In this document: positions 9,395-17,385 of the stretch, piece after piece
Position numbering within the stretch: position 1 is the first letter of the stretch
Layout: every line of letters starts with the position of its first letter
From: Nanobdellota archaeon
GTDB taxonomy: Archaea > Nanobdellota > Nanobdellia > Pacearchaeales > GW2011-AR1
Direction of reading: 5' to 3'
NCBI GenBank assembly: GCA_013329055.1
Contig: DUKY01000011.1
Span: 16,096 to 80,095 of the forward strand
DNA: 64,000 bases
Program-made: the position numbers and the translations under genes
The notes under the pieces: model-generated
What the model saw: only the letters and a program-made list of their open reading frames with translations
Databases searched by the model: none
What the model was told of the DNA's origin: nothing

Positions 9395-11566
9395 TTAAAA
9401 TATAATCTCCTTTAATTTTTTAATCTCTTCTACAGTAGGCTGATTGACTGCATAGGGGTTTAATATAATATCCCCGACTAAGATAAATTTAACCTTGCCA
9501 TCTAAATTTACTAATTGTTTTTTGAAATAAATTAATCCACTAACAATTTGTTTATCTTTGGCAATTGCATCATCTTTTCTTATTAGTTCGGGCTTTGTTG
9601 TTTCTCCAGTTTCATTATTCCTATAAAATTGGTAAGTCAATGTTCCAAAAAAACTATTTGCTATCATGTATTCATCTATAACCGAAGAACTTGCATCAAC
9701 GACAATAAAATACAAATCATTTCTAATACCCTTTTTCATTTCTTCAAAAGATTCCAGAGAATAAAATTGACTTGATTTTTCTTTGAGAATTTTATCAACC
9801 TTATTATTTATCGTAACTGCACCGTTATCTAAATGTAAACTTCTATCTCCTTTAGAGTTTTTAATCTCAAAAAAAACATTCTTATTATTTAATTTAATAT
9901 ATAAATCTGCATTATTGTTTTTATTCGGAATCTTTGGTTCAAGAATTGAATTTAAGTTCTCTTCCAAAAAAATAAATTTGTTTGTAAAGATAATCTCGCT
10001 AAAATCATCCCAAAACTTATCTTCATTTTCAAGACCCCTAATTAATGACGTGCGATTATCTTTATTCCGTTCATTAGAAATATTTTTTGAGTAACTAAGA
10101 AAATTCTCTATTTCATTCAAATATGCCTTTTTTAGTTCTTTATCTCTTTGTTGGCTACCTAACCAAAATAAAGGACTATATCTTTTTTTGTTATATAACT
10201 CTTTTAATTTATGTTTAATTATCTTGTCTAATTCGGAAAATTCTTTTAAAGATTCATCAATTTCATTAAATTCAAAATCAATAATTCTAAATCTTAATTG
10301 TTCCAATAATCCATTAATATAATTAATTAGTTCATCAAAATTATTTTTGTTAACCAATTCATCAAATGTTTTTTTATTTTCATTAATAAAATCTTTATTC
10401 TCGGATATTTCTTCTATCTTTTTAGCTAAGGGGAAAAATAAATTAAACGCCTTCTTTTTATCCTGGTCTTTGTAGATTATTCCAATAATTTTACTAACAA
10501 GTTCATAATAGAGTTTAGGATCCTTGTCAAAAATCTTTTTTTCCATCAATTCTCTTGAAGCAAATTCAACATTTTGAGAAGCCATTTTTTCAAAAATCCT
10601 TGGAAAGATATACTTATAATCTAACTTCTCAGTTTTTACTTTTTCAAAATTATCTAAAAAATAATCTATAAACTTCTCATTCTTTTTTACCAACTCTTGA
10701 ATAGCCCAATCAAAATGCTGAACTTTGAATTCTAAATCTTTATTTATCCAATAGATAAATAGCTTAGATATTTTTTCAATTTCGTCAGGGTAATCTATCA
10801 ACGGATACATCATATCGTTGATAATGGTTTCTTCTGAATTCTTATATAATTCTATTAATTCCAAAATGTGTTCTTTATCTAATTTAATTCCAATTGTTTT
10901 CCAAAATAGTAATCTATTCACTGAAATAATTTTTCTTTCGGCAAGTGATTTTATTTTCTCATAAAAATAACTTTTCTCGTTTTTATAGAATGACAAATAA
11001 AGATTCATAAGTTCGGTTAATATCCTCTCATCATGAGATAACATTGTCTTATTAAGACACTCTTTAACTTCAGTAGGTAAAATTTCTTTTTCATATTTTA
11101 CCAAAATTGCTTTAAGAATAGTATTTTTCGTTGGATATTCCAAATTTCTTTTAATTAAATCCTTTAATAATCCTTCATTGTAAAATGAATATCCCCCAAG
11201 TATTAACCCAGAGATTATTTTAAGATCTATATTATTAGATTTATTTTGGATTATATAATATAATTTTATTGCTACTTCTTGCTTTTCTTTTCCAACTTTT
11301 ATTAACATCTCAAAAAAAGGTCCACTTGCCATATCTCCTTTTACTTTTAAAAAGACACTATCTAAATATTCCAGATATTTTTCACTATCAGAAGCTAAAT
11401 CAAATAAGATTTCTATAGATAATTGAAAATAATTCCAAATAGACTCTTTATTTATTTCATCTAATAAGACATATTTGTTTTCTTCAGTTATATCTCCCTT
11501 TATCTTAGAATATTCTTCTTTTTGTTTATCAAATTCAAATCTAAATTGTTTAAATTTTTCAATCAT
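9395..11566 (-). CDS. large helical protein with C-terminal PD-(D/E)xK-like nuclease motif
   Basis: 723-aa ORF. About 500 aa are Lys/Glu/Leu-rich and predicted helical. The C-terminus has FSEII...ADLYIKLNNKNVFFEIKNSKG (E ... D ... ExK spacing). Confidence 0.35.
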   Translation of the reverse strand: MIEKFKQFRFEFDKQKEEYSKIKGDITEENKYVLLDEINKESIWNYFQLSIEILFDLASDSEKYLEYLDSVFLKVKGDMASGPFFEMLIKVGKEKQEVAIKLYYIIQNKSNNIDLKIISGLILGGYSFYNEGLLKDLIKRNLEYPTKNTILKAILVKYEKEILPTEVKECLNKTMLSHDERILTELMNLYLSFYKNEKSYFYEKIKSLAERKIISVNRLLFWKTIGIKLDKEHILELIELYKNSEETIINDMMYPLIDYPDEIEKISKLFIYWINKDLEFKVQHFDWAIQELVKKNEKFIDYFLDNFEKVKTEKLDYKYIFPRIFEKMASQNVEFASRELMEKKIFDKDPKLYYELVSKIIGIIYKDQDKKKAFNLFFPLAKKIEEISENKDFINENKKTFDELVNKNNFDELINYINGLLEQLRFRIIDFEFNEIDESLKEFSELDKIIKHKLKELYNKKRYSPLFWLGSQQRDKELKKAYLNEIENFLSYSKNISNERNKDNRTSLIRGLENEDKFWDDFSEIIFTNKFIFLEENLNSILEPKIPNKNNNADLYIKLNNKNVFFEIKNSKGDRSLHLDNGAVTINNKVDKILKEKSSQFYSLESFEEMKKGIRNDLYFIVVDASSSVIDEYMIANSFFGTLTYQFYRNNETGETTKPELIRKDDAIAKDKQIVSGLIYFKKQLVNLDGKVKFILVGDIILNPYAVNQPTVEEIKKLKEIIF

Positions 11567-12227
11567 CTTTTTTTACCTCATAATTATCTGATTTGTGTAT
11601 ATCAAATTTATCTGAATATATTCTATTTTTTAATTTTATTTTGAATTTTCTTATCTTTCCCTCTTCTATACAGAAAATTTCTACCGGGAATAAAGCAGGA
11701 TGTCCCGTCATTGCATCATGTTTTCCTAAAAAATCAAAACATTCAAAAAAATTTTCAAAAATTTCTTTTTCATAATCTGTCACCAAAAATAGTTTCTCTT
11801 GACATTGTCCAATAAATTCAGAATTTGGGGAGCCAATCATTGCAAAATTAACCTCTTCATTATGTTGTTCCTTAAGATTTACAAATTTTTTATAAGTTAA
11901 ATTGGTAATATCTATCACGAGAATTCCAGACCCCATATTCAAATATTTAATATGTTGCTCCGTCTCTATAGATGGTGCATAATTCTCATTACTCATTGCA
12001 TTTTCAATCCTTGCTTTAAAATCTTCAAGATTAATACAGCTAATGGATTGATTATACACATGATTGATTATTAAATCACTCCCCGATCCAGCAAATAAAA
12101 ATTTCCCAGCAATTAAGGGAAATATCTTTGTTTTTGAATAAGTAGATACATCATAAGCATGTTGAGTATCTCCTGCCAAGAACAATCTTTCTCCATTTTT
12201 TGTTTTAAACAATATTATTGAAGTCAT
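11559..12227 (-). CDS. proteasome-beta/HslV-like Ntn hydrolase (Thr1 after Met)
   Basis: MTSIILFKTKNGERLFLAGDTQ...KTKIFPL...FAGSGSD aligns by eye with the genuine PsmB in this window (TTILGIVCKNGIVMAGDNR...EKVYQI...FSGCGSATEA). Thr1, the Asp of AGD, the Lys and the GSG block are all present. Confidence 0.55.
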   Translation of the reverse strand: MTSIILFKTKNGERLFLAGDTQHAYDVSTYSKTKIFPLIAGKFLFAGSGSDLIINHVYNQSISCINLEDFKARIENAMSNENYAPSIETEQHIKYLNMGSGILVIDITNLTYKKFVNLKEQHNEEVNFAMIGSPNSEFIGQCQEKLFLVTDYEKEIFENFFECFDFLGKHDAMTGHPALFPVEIFCIEEGKIRKFKIKLKNRIYSDKFDIHKSDNYEVKKDD

Positions 12228-12358
12228 CCCCTTCCACCCCCAATCAAAAACTTCTTATCATAAGAAAGTTCCTCTTTATCTAACAGCTTTTCAACTATCT
12301 CTTTGTAAGTCTTAACTTTCTTTTTCAATGTAATCATAGCCCAATCATCTCCAAACAT
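12224..12358 (-). CDS. possible 44-aa ORF (below the ORF-track cut-off)
   Basis: Hand translation: MFGDDWAMITLKKKVKTYKEIVEKLLDKEELSYDKKFLIGGGRG. Its TGA overlaps the ATG of the Ntn-hydrolase ORF. Confidence 0.2.
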   Translation of the reverse strand: MFGDDWAMITLKKKVKTYKEIVEKLLDKEELSYDKKFLIGGGRG

Positions 12359-12527
12359 ATAACTTTTCTCCATTAAATCCGAAGACCAAAACATTTTTAT
12401 ATTCCATATTCCTGTATTTTATTGTAAGCGGACCGGTTCCGTAAAAGGTTTGATTATTCAAACTGACCAACGCTTTATGCGTGTGATTGGTTGGGAAGAC
12501 CGCTAATCGCTTACATTTTATTTTCAT
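12345..12527 (-). CDS. doubtful 60-aa ORF overlapping a GC-rich structured patch
   Basis: Listed in the ORF track, with no motif. It overlaps both neighbouring ORFs and may be spurious or a frameshifted fragment. Confidence 0.2.
   Translation of the reverse strand: MKIKCKRLAVFPTNHTHKALVSLNNQTFYGTGPLTIKYRNMEYKNVLVFGFNGEKLYVWR
12424..12514. other. GC-enriched 91-nt element closed by a 7-bp stem
   Basis: GTAAGCG (12424-12430) pairs with CGCTTAC (12508-12514). Internal hairpins are TTTGA-TTAT-TCAAA and CCAACGC-TTTAT-GCG..TTGG. By hand count about 46% G+C in a much more AT-rich context. Confidence 0.3.
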
Positions 12528-13023
12528 TTAATTCCTCCCAATAATTTTTAATTGAACTAAATGGAACATCAACAATATTTAACTTCTTTCCTCTAATCTG
12601 CCTATTTGTCTTTAATGCTCTTCTTCGGTATATTCTCGCATAATTATCCGCTAAAGAACCAATATTTCTTCCAAGTCTTTTCCTGAACTCAGAGATATTA
12701 ATAATTTCAAAAGAATAATTTTTTAACAAATAATCCAAAATATTTTTAACAACTTGAAAATCTTCATCATTACAAATTATCAAGGTTTTAAGATCTTTTT
12801 CAACATTTTTAACCAAAAGATAAATACAAATGGCATATAATTTTGCAGAATCCTCATAAATATTTTTTTTAAATAATCTTCTCTTAATTAACTCTAGTAA
12901 ATTTCCCTTCAAAGCACATCCATAATTAACTTTTGTTTTTGAGCCTACAAGAGCAATACCTATAGTTTTCTTCCAATAGATTCTTCCACTCATATCAACA
13001 TGAAAATCATCTTTTTCTATCAT
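12511..13023 (-). CDS. hypothetical protein
   Basis: 170-aa ORF with no recognisable motif. Its start overlaps the stop of the RHH-like ORF (ATGA). Confidence 0.45.
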   Translation of the reverse strand: MIEKDDFHVDMSGRIYWKKTIGIALVGSKTKVNYGCALKGNLLELIKRRLFKKNIYEDSAKLYAICIYLLVKNVEKDLKTLIICNDEDFQVVKNILDYLLKNYSFEIINISEFRKRLGRNIGSLADNYARIYRRRALKTNRQIRGKKLNIVDVPFSSIKNYWEELNENKM

Positions 13024-13193
13024 TCCTCCTCCCCCAATCCAGTTTCTTTTCTTATCATCTCTCTAAGTTTTGTATTTACAGTTTTGCCTTCCTGATCACA
13101 AAGTTTTTTGAAAAAAAGAAATTCACTTTTATACAATCTTGTAGAAACAATTTTCCTCTCTTCACCGCTTAAATCATGATTTTTTAAAACCAT
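13020..13193 (-). CDS. 57-aa ribbon-helix-helix (CopG-like) protein (below the ORF-track cut-off)
   Basis: Hand translation: MVLKNHDLSGEERKIVSTRLYKSEFLFFKKLCDQEGKTVNTKLREMIRKETGLGEEE. The pattern is a beta-strand (KIVSTRL) followed by two helices, as in RHH regulators or antitoxins. Confidence 0.45.
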   Translation of the reverse strand: MVLKNHDLSGEERKIVSTRLYKSEFLFFKKLCDQEGKTVNTKLREMIRKETGLGEEE

Positions 13194-13253
13194 AGAAAAA
13201 ATAAAAATAAGAACTATTTAAATATTTAGGTAGTTACCTGTATACACCTTTTT

Positions 13254-13279
13254 GTTCATAAATTGTATAATTTATGAAC
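13254..13279. promoter_or_regulatory. perfect 11-bp inverted repeat upstream of the RHH ORF (candidate operator)
   Basis: GTTCATAAATT-GTAT-AATTTATGAAC, about 60 nt upstream of the RHH start. An AT-rich TATA-like TTTAAATATTT lies at 13217-13227. Confidence 0.35.
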
Positions 13280-13394
13280 TATTTCCACTTTTCCATTTTT
13301 CCACAAGTATTATATACCATAACCATCTATATATTTTATCTGGGTAAGTCCTAGGGAGGTTTGTGTACCGGAATGGTGCACCTTGTCTTAATCT

Positions 13395-14033
13395 CTAGGG
13401 TCCGGATAACTTTTCAAACACTTCTTTCTTTATTACTATTTTATCCTTTATTGTGTTCATAAAATTGGAATCTTTGAATTCATAATTTCTAAAAATTGCC
13501 CATGAAATAAAATCTAAAACCTGCAAACAACCTTCTTTCTGAGAATCCTCGTGTCTTATGTCTATTTTACAATTAGAATTATTCTGAACTAAGCTAGATC
13601 TAATATAATTATCAAAATCCTCCCTCAAGGAACGATTGGTCTTGGACTTATCAACAATTAAACAAACATGATTATTATCCAAAGAGCATTCGTTTAAAAT
13701 AAGATTTGAAATGTAATTGTACAACTTATCTTTTTTGTTTTTTAGATATTCATAAACTTTGGATTTTTCAAGAATTATAACAAATACTTCTGAGTTTGTT
13801 TCCACAAATCTTTTTAAGATCTCTGCTCTTATTTTGTCTGTACTGTTATTTCCCTTTAGTTCAGGATACTTTTTCATTTTCTTTTTGATTATTTTTTGTC
13901 TGACTTTTTTCATTATTCTTCTTAAAGAATAAACTTCTTCCTCATCACAAGATAATAGAGCTATAACAAAATATTTGCTTGAAGTTGATTTAAATCCAAG
14001 TTCTCCACTCTCATCAAGAAAGATATATTTCAT
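13395..14033 (-). CDS. DUF3800-family protein
   Basis: N-terminal YIFLDESGELGF is characteristic of DUF3800. The ORF starts 1 nt after the hsdR stop. Confidence 0.65.
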   Translation of the reverse strand: MKYIFLDESGELGFKSTSSKYFVIALLSCDEEEVYSLRRIMKKVRQKIIKKKMKKYPELKGNNSTDKIRAEILKRFVETNSEVFVIILEKSKVYEYLKNKKDKLYNYISNLILNECSLDNNHVCLIVDKSKTNRSLREDFDNYIRSSLVQNNSNCKIDIRHEDSQKEGCLQVLDFISWAIFRNYEFKDSNFMNTIKDKIVIKKEVFEKLSGP

Positions 14034-14034
14034 C

Positions 14035-16782
14035 TTATTTCCACTTCAATTCATTGCATTTTTGAACAATTGTCTCCAATTGTTCCTTACTAAAAGCATC
14101 TAAAGGTCTTCCTTCTGCCAAAGGATGTTCTGCAAAATTCTTTAATTCAATATGTTTCGCCCGAACAAAAACCTGCTCTAACATCCTTAAAAATTTCAAT
14201 TGTTGAGAATTATAATGTTCATTTTTATCCATAACAAATTTATCAAATTCCCATTTAATCATTTCTTGGGGATCAGGTAATCCCTTTATTTCTAATAATC
14301 CTCTCAAGAATAAAATAAAATCTTGACTCTGTTGAATGTTATCAATAGTCCATCTAGGATTTAAGCCTCTTAAATTTTTTTCAATTTCCAATAGTTCTTT
14401 AGATGTGACTCCATCTCCATTTTTAATTTTTTCTAATAGCTTATTACTGTTAACAAAATAAGAATAGTTTTCACCTTCTTTAACTTTCATTATTTCTTTT
14501 TTAACATCAATAACTATATCTGGAGCATTGATTTTTAACATATTTTTTCTTTCTTGTTCGTAGAATATCATTAAAGGAGAAATTTCTCTAACTAAGAAAT
14601 CAACATCTTCAAAAGTTATTTCTTCCCAAAATTGCTCTTTTTGGATTCTTACTAAATCATTCCTTTTCTGTTTTACAGCATCTAAGTTCTTATCCCAAAT
14701 AGAATCTACCCTTTCTACAACAAACTCTTCAATCTTAGCAATTTTATTTTTATTTCCGGTTTTTATGCAATCAAAAAGTTTAACGCACTGAGAAATGAAA
14801 CCATAAACTTTTGCATTTTCAGAAGGAGTATAAATCAAAAGAGGAGCTATTTCATTTCTTAATTCCTCAACATGTTCTCGCAAATCAAATTTAGAAGAAA
14901 CAACTTTTGTTATAATATTTTTCTTCTCAATAACCAATGGAGATTCAACATCAATTTCTTTAATTGTATCACGAATTTGTTTTTCAACAATTTTTCTCTC
15001 CTTCTCATCTAAATTTTTCTCCAAAGCATCAACTTGTTCTAAAAATATTCTTGTTTTAGCGTCAGTTCCAGAAGATTTTTGTTTAAAAATGTTTAATTTA
15101 TGTTGCATCACATTAGACCAATCTCCAAATTTAAAATCCAATATCAAAAAATCTTCTTTTATGTGTTGTCCATCTTTATTTGTTGGCAACCATTCTTTAT
15201 TTTCACAGGCAGATAAACTCCTTGTTCCTCTTCCTAACATCTGCCAAAATCTAATTGAAGACATTACGGGTTTAACAAAAACTAAATTCATTACTTCAGG
15301 AACATCAACCCCAGTATCTAAAACTCCAACAGATAAAGCAATTCTTGGGCTATCTCTTTTCTCAAATCTTTTAACCTCATCCATGTAACGAGATTTATCA
15401 GAAGTAATAACTTTTACATCCTTTGCTAAAGAGGGGTAAAGTTTTTGAAATAATTTTTCTAAAGATTCCGCATGTTTTACACTTGCACAGAAGAAAATAC
15501 TTTTACATGGCCTATTATCATCTGATTTATAACACCTATCAACAAATTCTCTAATGATTAATTCGTTAGTTTTTTCATCTGTAAAAAATCTTTCAAATTT
15601 AGAACCTGGTGTTTGAAATTTCTCTGGGTCTTCCTCTTGTTGCTTTAATGCTTGTTGTAATTCTTTATTCAATTTTTTTCCTTCAATTCCTAATGAAAGA
15701 ACACTTGTTTCAATAATTTCTGCTACATAAGGAGCTAAAATTTTGTCTCTTACTGCAGAATCATAATCATATCTAAAGGTAGGTTTTCCATTATCACAAT
15801 TAAAGAGATCAAAAGTATTTCTTGTTTCTTCTGAAGAAGGAGTGGCAGTTAATCCAACTTTTAAAGCATCAAAATATTTGAAGATATCATTATTTTTATC
15901 ATAGTAAGAACGGTGTGCTTCATCAAAAATAATTAAGTCAAATGCTCCAGGACCAAATTTTTCATAAAATTTCCCTCTTGGTTTTTGAGGAGACATTAAA
16001 GTTTGAATTGTAGAAACATAAAATCTTGCACTACTTGAATATCCTTCTTCATTCAACTCACAAACTGGAGATTCAGGAAAAAATTTCTTAAATCCTTTTT
16101 CTTTTGCCTGATTTCCTAGAGAAATTCTATCAACAACAAATAGGACTTTTTGTACATATTCTGCTTTTATTAAACAATCTATTAAAGCCATTGCTACTCT
16201 TGTTTTTCCAGTTCCAGTAGCCATATTAATAAGAGCCTCTCTATGTCCATCAGAGAAATGTTCTAATACTGTTTTAACTGCCTCAACACACATCTTTCTG
16301 TTTAAAATAGTAGAACTCACCTTAACATTTGCTGGGTCTTTTCTTTGTTTCATTAAGCTAATTATTCTATGCAAATCTTGTTGAGAAAAAGGCAAGAGAA
16401 TTTTTCTTCTTCTATCTAAGTCATCAACATAATACCAATTTGTTCCGTTAGTTAAGAATATAGGGATTTTAATTTTAATTTGTTTTTCAATATCATCTCT
16501 ATAAGTTCGTGCTTGAATTTCCCCTTTTTCAATGTCAATAGAAGTTTTTTTTGCTTCTACAATTGCAAGGGGACTTCTATCTTCATCTAATAATAGATAA
16601 TCAATAAAATGATCCACTCCTTTTTCTATTCCAGCTTCACGACCAATATATTCTTTAGTTTTAAATTTGGATTTAACTGGATTAATTTCTTCTTTGACAT
16701 AATGTCCTTTAACTTTCCATCCTGTCCTTTCTAAAATTGGATCTATCAAGTTTTTTCTTGTTTGTTCCTCAGTAAGCCCCAT
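14035..16782 (-). CDS. hsdR: type I restriction enzyme R subunit (nuclease-helicase)
   Basis: N-terminal PD-(D/E)xK (DYLLLDED...AIVEAKK), Walker A MATGTGKT, DEAH box IFDEAHRS, helicase motif VI QMLGRGTR, and a long C-terminal helical domain as in EcoEI-type HsdR. Confidence 0.85.
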   Translation of the reverse strand: MGLTEEQTRKNLIDPILERTGWKVKGHYVKEEINPVKSKFKTKEYIGREAGIEKGVDHFIDYLLLDEDRSPLAIVEAKKTSIDIEKGEIQARTYRDDIEKQIKIKIPIFLTNGTNWYYVDDLDRRRKILLPFSQQDLHRIISLMKQRKDPANVKVSSTILNRKMCVEAVKTVLEHFSDGHREALINMATGTGKTRVAMALIDCLIKAEYVQKVLFVVDRISLGNQAKEKGFKKFFPESPVCELNEEGYSSSARFYVSTIQTLMSPQKPRGKFYEKFGPGAFDLIIFDEAHRSYYDKNNDIFKYFDALKVGLTATPSSEETRNTFDLFNCDNGKPTFRYDYDSAVRDKILAPYVAEIIETSVLSLGIEGKKLNKELQQALKQQEEDPEKFQTPGSKFERFFTDEKTNELIIREFVDRCYKSDDNRPCKSIFFCASVKHAESLEKLFQKLYPSLAKDVKVITSDKSRYMDEVKRFEKRDSPRIALSVGVLDTGVDVPEVMNLVFVKPVMSSIRFWQMLGRGTRSLSACENKEWLPTNKDGQHIKEDFLILDFKFGDWSNVMQHKLNIFKQKSSGTDAKTRIFLEQVDALEKNLDEKERKIVEKQIRDTIKEIDVESPLVIEKKNIITKVVSSKFDLREHVEELRNEIAPLLIYTPSENAKVYGFISQCVKLFDCIKTGNKNKIAKIEEFVVERVDSIWDKNLDAVKQKRNDLVRIQKEQFWEEITFEDVDFLVREISPLMIFYEQERKNMLKINAPDIVIDVKKEIMKVKEGENYSYFVNSNKLLEKIKNGDGVTSKELLEIEKNLRGLNPRWTIDNIQQSQDFILFLRGLLEIKGLPDPQEMIKWEFDKFVMDKNEHYNSQQLKFLRMLEQVFVRAKHIELKNFAEHPLAEGRPLDAFSKEQLETIVQKCNELKWK

Positions 16783-16907
16783 GTTAAACTAATGAAACAC
16801 TACCTTAAAAAGTTATTCTCAAATAAACTTTATTGTTGATATAAATCCCTGTGAGATGGACTTCATGTCCATTCGAGTTTGTAAAAAAAATAAGAAAATT
16901 TGAAAAT

Positions 16908-17270
16908 TTATCCTGCCATAGGACAATTACCTTGGTGCATTCCTCTTCCCATACCTTTTTTGTTATTTTCCGGGAATCCATTTTGTTTCATTTCGTTATG
17001 TTTTTCCTGAATTGCCTGAAAATTTTCTTCTGTAAGACTATCTTGCATTTTAGCAATTTGTTCTTCCATTAATGCTTTCCATGTTGCAAAATCTCCTTCT
17101 TCTATAGCTGTTCTTATTGCATCCCTATTAGCTTTCATGTCGGCTTTTTCTTCTTCAGAAAGGTTTTGATTCATAAATCCCATTCCAAAACCATTAGCTG
17201 AAATCAAACTTACACCTAGTAATGCAATTATCGCTAAAGCTATTGAACCTAATACTAATTTATTTGCCAT
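16908..17270 (-). CDS. small secreted helical protein
   Basis: 120-aa ORF with an N-terminal signal-like helix, a charged helical body and a C-terminal GMGRGMHQGNCPMAG. Confidence 0.4.
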   Translation of the reverse strand: MANKLVLGSIALAIIALLGVSLISANGFGMGFMNQNLSEEEKADMKANRDAIRTAIEEGDFATWKALMEEQIAKMQDSLTEENFQAIQEKHNEMKQNGFPENNKKGMGRGMHQGNCPMAG

Positions 17271-17385
17271 TTATTTTTTATAACCTCCTTTCATTTTTTT
17301 CATAATAATTAATGCAAAAAATCTTTTTTAAAGAAGGTGGACTGATAATCCATTCCTTTTATAAATCTAAAAATTCTTTACTTTT

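Noticed and set aside
12424-12514. tRNA gene suggested by a 7-bp closing stem in a GC-rich patch
   Set aside because: Neither strand gives D-arm, anticodon-arm or T-arm (GTTCRANYC) geometry, and 91 nt without a recognisable intron is too long.
13330-13394. GC-rich patch just downstream of the DUF3800 gene as a possible ncRNA
   Set aside because: Only short palindromes (GGTGCACC, TCCGGA) and repeated CTAGGG strings are present. I could not build a convincing secondary structure or find another copy.
16908-17270. Spy/CpxP/ZraP-type periplasmic chaperone call for the 120-aa secreted helical protein
   Set aside because: It has only a loose LTEENFQ resemblance to LTxxQ motifs, which is not enough to assign the family.
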